Below are positions 1-8,341 of a DNA stretch of 13,900 nucleotides, in pieces (position 1 is the stretch's first letter; every line of letters begins with the position of its first letter). The notes below the pieces were generated by a model. It saw only the letters and a list, made by a program, of their open reading frames with translations. It did no database searches and had not been told where the DNA came from. Origin of the DNA: Myxococcota bacterium (GTDB lineage Bacteria > Myxococcota > SpSt-1050); assembly GCA_049969675.1 (NCBI GenBank), contig JBMFOP010000078.1:1-13900 (forward strand), given 5' to 3'. Position numbers and translations under genes: made by a program.

Positions 1-2
1 TT

Positions 3-386
3 GAGAAAATGTTGCCGGTCCTGTTTAAGATGTTTGTGTTTGATGCTCCGGAGAAAGGGTTTATACTGAATCCAGAATTGTTTGGAAAAAGATACTATCC
101 GGCCTTTGAAAGAGTGTTGAAAGATTGGGAAAATAGTAGGATATCAAACGAGGAAAAGTTAAAACGATGTGAAGAAATGAGGACATACATGATAGAAACT
201 GCATTGGCCATAACAGGTGGTGGTAAAATCACTGAAGAACAAAAGAAATACATAGAGAAAAATGAACTTCAAGGATTACTCATGCTTTACTGTAAGGTCG
301 AAAATAATACCATGGATTTCCTGAATACGTATGGATTGTCTAAAGGTATAACATCAGGTACTATTCCTGTACGTGTAAGCGCTTAA
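3..386 (+). CDS. Hypothetical protein, probably the 3' part of a gene truncated by the window edge
   Basis: The frame is open from position 3 (GAG AAA ATG...) to TAA at 384-386, giving 125 aa from ATG 9. No recognisable motif. Confidence 0.6.
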   Translation, partial: EKMLPVLFKMFVFDAPEKGFILNPELFGKRYYPAFERVLKDWENSRISNEEKLKRCEEMRTYMIETALAITGGGKITEEQKKYIEKNELQGLLMLYCKVENNTMDFLNTYGLSKGITSGTIPVRVSA

Positions 387-545
387 TATGCTGGATTTTG
401 TATGGGTTAAGATTAAAATTTATCAAGAATTTGGATCACATATTTACTTCAGACACAACATTTTATAAATACTCCCTCAAAGAAGATATCAAAACCCAAA
501 AGGACAGTAAAGAAGGTATCTGATATAGCCAAGTAGAAGACCTTA

Positions 546-569
546 CCTGCCTTTGCGACGGCAGACAGG
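546..569. repeat. Short imperfect GC-rich palindrome (REP-like)
   Basis: CCTGCCT (546-552) and AGACAGG (563-569) are inverted arms with one mismatch, in an AT-rich intergenic region. Confidence 0.4.
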
Positions 570-645
570 ATTATTGTGCCAGATGCAGAGCAAAAGACAT
601 ATTAATTTTTGGGCAGCCTTTTAATTGAGTATGAAGAGAATTGGG

Positions 646-724
646 ATAATCTGATTTTGAGAATATGGACTTACCCATCCAAAATCATTATTTTATAAAC
701 AGATAACCTCTCAAATCAGATTAT
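646..724. repeat. 16/17-bp inverted repeat pair (MITE-like end pair or stem-loop)
   Basis: ATAATCTGATTTTGAGA (646-662) matches the reverse complement of TCTCAAATCAGATTAT (709-724) except for one extra T. The spacer is 46 bp. Confidence 0.7.
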
Positions 725-1372
725 TTTTGACAGCAGTGATTTGTATTAAAATATTTTTGAGCAGGTGAATCCAGATGAAGATAGAAATGGTTCTGGGCTG
801 GAATCAGAAGGTGTTTCAAAGCCGACGACGGATATACAGAGTAAAATTAATTTATAGAATCTTAGCGTTGCCTTTGTGGATGATTAAAATAGATTTGTAA
901 ATATATCACCACCACACAGAATTTTCTAAAATTGATAAATTCAAATTTTTAAGAGCAGGCTATCCCTTTTACTTTAGTGTCCCTTAAAACGCCCTACAAC
1001 ATAAATATCAGAAGCAAGAAGCAAGGCTAATAATCACTAACCCCTACAATCTATAAATATTTATAACAGATAGCATTTTTAAATTTCAAATATCTCAAAT
1101 TCACCCAAAGATTTAAATTTATCCACTCGTCTCTCTGCGCTTTTCTCTATCATCGCCTTATAAAACATATTCTTAAAAAATGTTTTTTGAATTTGTCTAA
1201 AACTAATGTGATTCATATTCATATAAAGCCTCATCTTAAAAATATCTTTGCGTCTGCAATTAAAATTTATCCTGGATAGATGTGTTGCTGCTATATAGTT
1301 TAGTTGATGATAGGTGCTGACTATCTCCTGGTGGTATATCTAAACACTATAGTATTTTGCATTGTCAATTTA

Positions 1373-1401
1373 TTGACTCTTTTACTTCTTTATGATATTA
1401 G
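1373..1401 (+). promoter_or_regulatory. Putative sigma70 promoter for the PEGA gene
   Basis: TTGACT (1373-1378), 17-bp spacer, TATTAG (1396-1401) with an extended -10 TG at 1393-1394. SD AGGAG at 1424-1428. Confidence 0.4.
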
Positions 1402-1435
1402 AACCCTATTATTCTTTGACCACAGGAGTAGAGAG

Positions 1436-2962
1436 ATGAAAAAGAGAGCCATTATTTATTCTATCATTACATTGATGCTTTTGTCATCTTCTGGATTTGC
1501 CGCGCAGTTCAATAAAGTCCTCATCTTCCCATATCAGCCCGTCTATCAATCGGTGACTTTAGATGTAGCTAATCAATTTACTGAACTTCTGACCAATGAG
1601 ATGAAGAATGCCGATTCTCTTCAGGCAATAGAAGGTCCCAAGATTGTAACAAAGAAGAAGGCCGGTCTTTCTGAGCCAAATATTGACAGAGATGCGATTA
1701 TGAGAGGGATAGAGAAGGCAAAGGTTGGGATTGAAGAGATAAAAAATCAGGAGTATGAGAAGGCGATTAAACCCTTAAAAGATGCCATACAGATTCTTGA
1801 AAAGAATATTTTATATCTGGAGGATACATCTGTATTGACAGATGCATACCTTGCACTTTCTGTCGCATATTTTGGGACAGGGATGGAGGATGAGGGTGAG
1901 ACATATATCAGGAAGTGCATAAGACTAGACCCCTACAAGGAGATAAGTCCAGAGCAGTATCCACCACTATATTTGAGAATTTACGATGGGATTAGAAAGC
2001 AGACCTTCCAGCTCCCACGAGGTTCAATCAAAGTTACCTCCAACCCCTCTGGTGCTGTTATATTTGTAGATGGTAAACAGGTAGGTACCACACCCGCACT
2101 CTTAAAGGAGATTATAAAGGGAGAACACTATATTAGAGTTGAGAGGTCTCAGGAGGTCCCATTTTATAAGACGGTCAATGTGGTGCCAAATCAGACTATA
2201 GAGATAAATGTTGACTTCTCTGGAGAGGAGGAGGGAGGTTCAGGTCCGGAATATACCGCTGCCAATTCATTAAAGAATAACAGGATTGACTCTGCTACCA
2301 GAGATGCACTTGTTCAGGTTGCTAACAAACAGCAGGCAGACTTTGTGCTCTTTGGCGGGATAATCAAAAATGACAACAACTATCAGATTAACTCTTTCTT
2401 TATGAAGGTAAAGACCACAGAGGTAGTTCAGACTATGAGTCTGACCATTGATGTAGATATGCTCGGCGCCTCCATTGAGATATATAAGTTGGTAGAAGAG
2501 CTTACAAAGAAAATTGAGAGCTTCCCCGAGAGCATAAAGCAGAGTGTAATTCTCCTGTATCCCGGAATTATGAAGAAGACCGAAAAACCTCAGGAGGTCG
2601 TAATAGGTCCGGTTGGTTTACCGCAACCATTATATACCGGTCCTACAAAGGAGGAGGAACCTGCCCAGGTAGTAAAAGAGGAACCGAAGAAGGAGGAGAA
2701 GAAGACTGCTGCCATAGTTCCGGAGGTAAGGAAGACTCCGGATACCGGTGGCGGGATTGATATAGGAAAAGGCAGGACATTAAAGCAGAAGGGACAGATT
2801 GATTCTTCTGTTGTGATAATAGAAAAGCCCGTAAAATGGTATGAAAGCCCGTGGTTCTGGACCGCTGTGGGAGTAGTTGTTGTGGGCGCTGGAGTTGGAA
2901 CCTATCTTTACATCTCCAGCATAGAGCCAGACAGAGGCAGGATTTCTTTCACATTGCCATAA
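1436..2962 (+). CDS. Exported PEGA-domain protein with a TPR-like helical region and a C-terminal hydrophobic (membrane) segment
   Basis: Start moved to ATG 1436 (SD AGGAG, signal peptide MKKRAIIYSIITLMLLSSSGFA). TPR-like segment YEKAIKPLKDAI...AYLALSVAYFG...CIRLDP. PEGA signature GSIKVTSNPSGAVIFVDGKQVGTTP...GEHYIRVE from ~2021. Pro/Glu/Lys linker, then WYESPWFWTAVGVVVVGAGVGTYLYI. Confidence 0.85.
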   Translation: MKKRAIIYSIITLMLLSSSGFAAQFNKVLIFPYQPVYQSVTLDVANQFTELLTNEMKNADSLQAIEGPKIVTKKKAGLSEPNIDRDAIMRGIEKAKVGIEEIKNQEYEKAIKPLKDAIQILEKNILYLEDTSVLTDAYLALSVAYFGTGMEDEGETYIRKCIRLDPYKEISPEQYPPLYLRIYDGIRKQTFQLPRGSIKVTSNPSGAVIFVDGKQVGTTPALLKEIIKGEHYIRVERSQEVPFYKTVNVVPNQTIEINVDFSGEEEGGSGPEYTAANSLKNNRIDSATRDALVQVANKQQADFVLFGGIIKNDNNYQINSFFMKVKTTEVVQTMSLTIDVDMLGASIEIYKLVEELTKKIESFPESIKQSVILLYPGIMKKTEKPQEVVIGPVGLPQPLYTGPTKEEEPAQVVKEEPKKEEKKTAAIVPEVRKTPDTGGGIDIGKGRTLKQKGQIDSSVVIIEKPVKWYESPWFWTAVGVVVVGAGVGTYLYISSIEPDRGRISFTLP

Positions 2963-2981
2963 TATAGGAGGAGTGATTCAT

Positions 2982-4766
2982 ATGTTCAGAAATATTATAC
3001 TATTCGTCTCAATACTGATTTCAGTAACAATTATTGCAGGGTGCCCGGCGGACAAGATTTCAATTGGGGTAACACTCATACCTCCCTGTCTCTCTGATAG
3101 CAAGAACTTTAAGAATCCAATCGATAAAATGACAACAATATCTCTGGTTGCAACAAAGGAAGACCCCAATTCTACACCCGAGGTAATTGCGAGCGCCAGC
3201 TTTGAATATGCAAGCGGTGGCAAAGGTATGTTTGACATCCCTCTCTCAAAAAATGTGAGAATCGTGGTGGAAGGATTCGACGACAACGGCAATATGGTAT
3301 TAAGAGGTGCGTCCCGGCTCTTTGATGTCACCACGACCTCTCCCACCAATATAAAGGTCCCGATATTTGTTGCGGGGACTGATGCATTCTCACAGACAAC
3401 CGATTTTGCAACTCAGGAATGTTCTGCACTTGATACTGAACTACAGGGTGCAACCGTCACACCACTACCTAATGGCGATGTCCTGATAGTGGGAGGGGTA
3501 AAGGTCAATGGGACTTCCAAGTTCTATTCCTCCAGTTTTTATCTCTACAACTCACAGACCGGAACATTTGAGGAGATTAAGATTGATGAGACAATAAAGG
3601 AGTTTGGAGCAAGGGCATATCATACAGCCACCCTTTACAATAAAGGGACCAAAGAGAATCCAGAGTGGAAGGTCCTTATTGCAGGCGGAGAGGCATTTAT
3701 TAATGGTAAAGCCGCATCTGTCTCCACAGCGGAGATCTATGATGTAAAGACAAAAAATGTGTACATCCTCTCAAGCACACTTGAAGAGGGGAGGATGTAT
3801 CACACCGCCACATTGATGCAGAACGGCAAGATAATCATCATCGGCGGTGAGAATAAGGTGAATGGGAAGGTGGAGGCTTATCTCAATACGGCTGAGATAT
3901 TTGATACACAGGAGGAGACATTTACAAAACTCAGCGGGAAGGATTATCACACAATGACATATGCAAGGTCCCGTCATACAGCCACCTACCTCCCCCTCAG
4001 ATACAATACTGTGGATGGAGAGCCAGTAGCCGGCTTTGATAAGATTCTGATAGCTGGTGGAATTAGAAAGGTAGATTCACAACTTTATATAAATGACGAG
4101 ATGGAAATTTTCGGATGTGCAAATGCGAGTTGCACAGATTACAGATTTGACATAGTTCGTAAGAAAGATGGTACCTCTCTCAAAATGGCGAATAGAAGAT
4201 ATGGACATCAGGCTGTTGCTGTAATGACAGGTGCACAGCCGGTTGAAAATGGTGAAGAGGAATTTCACAACTTCTACATAGCATTTTTAGGTGGTTATAA
4301 ATGTATAGGTTTTGACAGATGTGCAGGAAGTACCTCACAGGATTGTAGCTGTCCGGATAATGATGTCTTTAAGAGCATACTTACCAGCATAGAAATTTAT
4401 GACCCCACAAATTCTGATGGCCCGCGGCAGATCAACCAGACAGACTTGAATGTAGCAAGGGCTGATTTTGCAGCTGTATCACTCAATAGAGAGAATGACA
4501 ATGTCTTGATATTTGGTGGATATGGAACTTCCGCAGGGACAATAACTGATGTAGTTGAGTTAATGACCATAAGCAAGACGGGTATTACAAAACCTCGTTA
4601 TGCACCCAATAAAATACTATATCCGAGAGCAGATTTTGGGTTCGGGATTTTGCCAACCGGAGATGTTTTTATTGTCGGAGGCGAAAATGGGAAGCTCGGA
4701 GGAAATAAATCATCTCTTAATACAGTTGAGATATATGTCCCTTCTCAGCCACCGTTGAGCGAATAG
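2982..4766 (+). CDS. Kelch-repeat (seven-bladed beta-propeller) lipoprotein
   Basis: SD AGGAGG (2966-2971) fits ATG 2982 better than GTG 2973. Lipobox IIAG-C. Seven repeats of the pattern R-x-x-H/F-T-A-T...(V/I)L(I)xGG...EI(Y/F)D, e.g. RMYHTATLMQNGKIIIIGG...AEIFD. Confidence 0.88.
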   Translation: MFRNIILFVSILISVTIIAGCPADKISIGVTLIPPCLSDSKNFKNPIDKMTTISLVATKEDPNSTPEVIASASFEYASGGKGMFDIPLSKNVRIVVEGFDDNGNMVLRGASRLFDVTTTSPTNIKVPIFVAGTDAFSQTTDFATQECSALDTELQGATVTPLPNGDVLIVGGVKVNGTSKFYSSSFYLYNSQTGTFEEIKIDETIKEFGARAYHTATLYNKGTKENPEWKVLIAGGEAFINGKAASVSTAEIYDVKTKNVYILSSTLEEGRMYHTATLMQNGKIIIIGGENKVNGKVEAYLNTAEIFDTQEETFTKLSGKDYHTMTYARSRHTATYLPLRYNTVDGEPVAGFDKILIAGGIRKVDSQLYINDEMEIFGCANASCTDYRFDIVRKKDGTSLKMANRRYGHQAVAVMTGAQPVENGEEEFHNFYIAFLGGYKCIGFDRCAGSTSQDCSCPDNDVFKSILTSIEIYDPTNSDGPRQINQTDLNVARADFAAVSLNRENDNVLIFGGYGTSAGTITDVVELMTISKTGITKPRYAPNKILYPRADFGFGILPTGDVFIVGGENGKLGGNKSSLNTVEIYVPSQPPLSE

Positions 4767-4792
4767 TTGAGATATAAAAGGAGTTTCTGTCT

Positions 4793-5689
4793 GTGAAAAA
4801 CATATATGAATTGATAGGGAATACACCGCTAATTAAATTCTTATCTGAAAAGAGGAGGCATATCTTCGCAAAAGCGGAGTTTCTAAACCCCGGCGGTTCA
4901 ATTAAGGACAGGGTCGCTCTTGCTATGATAGAGGATGCCGAGAAGAAGGGGATACTAAAACCTGATTCAATTATTGCAGAGGCAACCTCCGGCAATACTG
5001 GAATCGGGATCTCACTTGTGGGGAGAATAAAAGGTTATAGAGTGATAATTGTTATGCCTGAGAATATGAGCGAGGAGCGAAAGAAGATTATAAAGGCTCT
5101 CGGTGCGGAACTCATACTAACGCCAGCCGAGAAGGGCATTCAGGGGTCGGTTGACTATCTGAATGGGCTCAAAGGCTCTGATGATAGGATATGGATTGCC
5201 TCTCAGTTCACAAATGAGGCAAATCCGCTCTGTCATTATAATCATACTGCAAAGGAGATATGGGCGCAGACCGGAGGGAAAGTAGATGCATTTGTGGCCG
5301 GTGTAGGCTCGGGTGGGACATTACAGGGTATAGGTAAGTTCTTGAAAGAGAAGAATAAGAAGATAAAGGTAATAGCGGTTGAGCCCGCAAATGCCTCAGC
5401 ACTCTTAGGACACGAACCCGGACTTCATCAGATTCAGGGGATAGGTGATGGGTTTATCCCGGCGGTTCTGGACACCAAACTGATTGATGAGGTAATCACT
5501 GTCACAGATGACGAGGCAATTGAGACTACAAGGATGCTCGCAAGAGAAGAAGGGCTCCTGGTAGGGACATCCTCAGGTGCAAATATGTTTGCAGCCCTTA
5601 GGATCTCAAGGGGCTATGGAGAAGGATTTAATGTGGTGACAGTCCTGCCAGACAGGGCAGAGAGATACTTTAGCACAGCACTCATATAA
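4793..5689 (+). CDS. cysK: Cysteine synthase A (O-acetylserine sulfhydrylase, PLP-dependent)
   Basis: Motifs IGNTPL, KAEFLNPGGSIKDR (PLP lysine), EATSGNTG, GVGSGGT, IQGIG, GTSSGA, PDRAERY. GTG start with SD AAGGAG at 4778-4783. Confidence 0.93.
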   Translation: MKNIYELIGNTPLIKFLSEKRRHIFAKAEFLNPGGSIKDRVALAMIEDAEKKGILKPDSIIAEATSGNTGIGISLVGRIKGYRVIIVMPENMSEERKKIIKALGAELILTPAEKGIQGSVDYLNGLKGSDDRIWIASQFTNEANPLCHYNHTAKEIWAQTGGKVDAFVAGVGSGGTLQGIGKFLKEKNKKIKVIAVEPANASALLGHEPGLHQIQGIGDGFIPAVLDTKLIDEVITVTDDEAIETTRMLAREEGLLVGTSSGANMFAALRISRGYGEGFNVVTVLPDRAERYFSTALI

Positions 5690-5696
5690 ATATCCT

Positions 5697-6683
5697 GTGA
5701 ATCCAATTTTCAATGTAAATGAGAATATACTCCGATTCTCAATCAACTACCCCGAACTGAGAGTAGAGAGACCAAACATCTATCTAATTAAGAATAAAAA
5801 CGGATATTTGATGGTTGACTGCGGGGGTTATAATGTGGAGAATGATTATGCTATTCTGTATAAAACATTACATGCAACTGGTATCAAACCATCTGAGATA
5901 AAGACCATCATCCTGACACATACCCATAAGGACCATGCCCTTTTGTGTGGGAGATTGCAGAAGGGATCCGGTGCCACGATTATCTTAGGGAGAGATGACC
6001 TTTTTAGAATCTCTTCAGAGATTGGCCAATACAGGGATAGATATCGGGATGTAAAAGATTACCTGCTATTCTGGGGTTTTGATTCTGAGATGATATCAAG
6101 GTTTTATCGCTCCTTTGAAAGGCAATACTTTGATGCCCAGCTGGATACCTCAAATATATTGCTAATTGATAAAGATATAGAATATGACTCTTTTGATATT
6201 CTATGCACCCCGGGTCATACTGCTGGTTCAATCTGTCTATTTGATAGAGAGAGTAAAGTCTTATTCAGCGGAGATACTCTCTTAAAGAAGATTGTTACAG
6301 TCCCCATTATTGAATATTATAGGGGGATGAAGGATGGTCTTTCACTTCTCTCTGAACATACAAGGACATTGAAGAGGCTGAAGTCTCTGCGTTATGAAAC
6401 GCTCTGCTCAGGACATGGAGAACCTATAAAAAAGGACATACCTCTCATTGATACAATATTTTCATATATTGAACGGAGGAAGAAGAGGGTTCTATCCCTG
6501 ATTCGGGAAGGGAAGAATACCGTATATAAGCTTGCCCTTTCTCTATATTCAGGGGATGTCTTTTACGATGTTGTTTATAAAGAGGCTCCAGTTGTCTATG
6601 TCTCAGACCTTATGATGCCGCTTGAGGCCCTTTACGAAGACAATGAAATATCTGTAAAAGATGGGGTTATAAAAGCCCTCTAA
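5697..6683 (+). CDS. Metallo-beta-lactamase-fold metallo-hydrolase, probably with a C-terminal winged-helix-like domain
   Basis: HxHxDH motif THTHKDH, plus MVDCG, TPGHTAGS, LFSGD and SGHG. Starts 7 bp after cysK. Confidence 0.88.
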   Translation: MNPIFNVNENILRFSINYPELRVERPNIYLIKNKNGYLMVDCGGYNVENDYAILYKTLHATGIKPSEIKTIILTHTHKDHALLCGRLQKGSGATIILGRDDLFRISSEIGQYRDRYRDVKDYLLFWGFDSEMISRFYRSFERQYFDAQLDTSNILLIDKDIEYDSFDILCTPGHTAGSICLFDRESKVLFSGDTLLKKIVTVPIIEYYRGMKDGLSLLSEHTRTLKRLKSLRYETLCSGHGEPIKKDIPLIDTIFSYIERRKKRVLSLIREGKNTVYKLALSLYSGDVFYDVVYKEAPVVYVSDLMMPLEALYEDNEISVKDGVIKAL

Positions 6684-6711
6684 ATGTCTCTACTGGTAAA
6701 ATCTTTATTGC

Positions 6712-6740
6712 TTGATATTCTGATTCCATTTGGTTATTAT
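6712..6740 (+). promoter_or_regulatory. Putative sigma70 promoter for the amrB-amrA fusion and the VWA lipoprotein
   Basis: TTGATA (6712-6717), 17-bp spacer, TATTAT (6735-6740). SD-like GAGGTGAT (6749-6756) precedes ATG 6758. Confidence 0.55.
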
Positions 6741-6757
6741 TACAGGATGAGGTGATT

Positions 6758-8332
6758 ATGAGGGTCTGTTCAGTAAATGATTTGCTTAAATTTTTAATTT
6801 TTACACTCTCTTTTGTCATTTGTTGTTCATCTAAACCCGAAGCAAAGAGAGAGAAAGGAGCGGAGATGAAGGAGGTATTTTTACCGGTGGTTGCAGGCTC
6901 ATTTTATCCTGCAACAGAATCTGAGGTAAGGGATATGCTCTATAGTTTTAATAGACAGGTCAAAAAGACAGTGGAGAAGAAAGAGGATGTACTCGGGCTC
7001 ATCTCCCCTCACGCTGGATATATCTATTCGGGCAGGACAGCCGCCTATGCATTCAAACTTGTTGAAGGGAAGAAGTACGACATCATTGTAGTTATGGCGC
7101 CTTCTCATCGTATGCGAGGGAATAAGGCTGTATTATTAAACTACTCTTCTTATAAGACACCACTCGGCGAAATCCCTATTGATAGGGATACTATTACAGA
7201 ACTACTTAAGGACTCAAAGAATTTTATCTCTGAGCCCGCATATTTTAAGGTAGAGCACTCCCTTGAGGTTCAGCTCCCATTTATTCAATATTATCTAAAA
7301 GAGCCAAAGATAGTGCCTATTATTGTCCCCGTATTTGATAAATCCATCCTGAGGAATATTGCAGATTCACTTTATAGCACACTGAAGAAGAAAAATGTAT
7401 TATTTGTTGCCAGCTCCGATATGTCTCACTATAAACCCTATGATGAGAATAATGCCATTGACGAATATTCGTTCTCAGTGTTAAAGAAGAATGACCCCGA
7501 CCTGCTCTTTGGTGAGGAGATGCAGGAGAAGACACAATTCTGTGGAATCGCTCCAATAATAGTTCTGATGAACATTGTAAAACTCTATAATGCAGATGGT
7601 CCATACATCGTATATCATGAAAATTCCGGAGATACAGCTGGAGATAAGAGTGCAGTGGTAGGTTATGGGGCAGTAGCATATTTCAGATCAAATAAGAATC
7701 TGATTAAGGAATTGAAGGATAAAGAGGATGGGGGAGTAAAGATTGAAGAGAAAAATAAGGAGTCAAAGATGAGATATACTCTATCAGAGGAGGAGAAGAA
7801 GGAGCTCTTAAGGCTTGCAAGGGAGAGTATTGTGTACTATCTCAACCATAATAAAGAGATGGATTACAGGCCTAAATCAGAGAAGTTAAAGGAGAAGGGG
7901 GCAGCATTTGTGACACTAAAGAAGCATGGTGACCTGAGGGGTTGTATTGGACATATCATCGCATTTGAGCCATTATATAAATCGGTCCTATCAAATGCGG
8001 TAAATGCCGCAGTAAACGACCCGAGATTTATGCCCCTTGATAAGGGCGAACTTAATGAGGTTGAGATTGAGATCTCGGTACTTACCCCGCTTGAGCCGAT
8101 AAAGAAGGAGGAGATTGTACTCGGTAGAGATGGACTGGTTCTGACCCGTGGTTTAAATAAAGGGGTCTTTCTGCCTCAGGTCCCTGAAGAGGCCGGATGG
8201 AAGACTGTAGATGAATACCTATCTCATCTCTGCCTGAAGGCGGGATTGAATATGGACTGTTATAAGAAGCAGGATATAAAACTTGAGAAGTTTGAGGCGA
8301 TTGTCTTCAGTGAAAAGGAGCTCTTAAAATAG
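6758..8332 (+). CDS. amrB: AmmeMemoRadiSam protein B (MEMO1-like) fused to protein A (AMMECR1-like)
   Basis: MEMO motifs PVVAGSFYP, PHAGYIYSG, TPLG, EHSLEVQLPF, ASSDMSHY, CG, SGD, VVGY. AMMECR1 motifs FVTL..LRGCIG, DPRF, EISVLTP, GRDGL, FLPQV, LCLKAG. The start is ambiguous (6752, 6758 or 6866). Confidence 0.92.
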   Translation: MRVCSVNDLLKFLIFTLSFVICCSSKPEAKREKGAEMKEVFLPVVAGSFYPATESEVRDMLYSFNRQVKKTVEKKEDVLGLISPHAGYIYSGRTAAYAFKLVEGKKYDIIVVMAPSHRMRGNKAVLLNYSSYKTPLGEIPIDRDTITELLKDSKNFISEPAYFKVEHSLEVQLPFIQYYLKEPKIVPIIVPVFDKSILRNIADSLYSTLKKKNVLFVASSDMSHYKPYDENNAIDEYSFSVLKKNDPDLLFGEEMQEKTQFCGIAPIIVLMNIVKLYNADGPYIVYHENSGDTAGDKSAVVGYGAVAYFRSNKNLIKELKDKEDGGVKIEEKNKESKMRYTLSEEEKKELLRLARESIVYYLNHNKEMDYRPKSEKLKEKGAAFVTLKKHGDLRGCIGHIIAFEPLYKSVLSNAVNAAVNDPRFMPLDKGELNEVEIEISVLTPLEPIKKEEIVLGRDGLVLTRGLNKGVFLPQVPEEAGWKTVDEYLSHLCLKAGLNMDCYKKQDIKLEKFEAIVFSEKELLK

Positions 8333-8341
8333 GCAGGAGGA

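Noticed and set aside
388..900. Tiny ORFs at 388-468 (26 aa) and 775-900 (41 aa), and a Lys-rich fragment near 475-536
   Set aside because: No convincing SD or motif, and such lengths are expected by chance.
1304..1435. 44-codon N-terminal extension of the PEGA ORF from the TTG start
   Set aside because: It overlaps the promoter-like region. The SD and a clean signal peptide point to ATG 1436.
2982..4766. Galactose oxidase call for the Kelch protein
   Set aside because: Only the propeller is evident. The protein ends right after the last repeat, without the C-terminal domain that supplies a copper ligand.
5697..6683. Antibiotic-resistance beta-lactamase call
   Set aside because: There is no signal peptide. 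HxHxDH is shared across the whole MBL superfamily, and the length and C-terminus fit cytoplasmic hydrolases.
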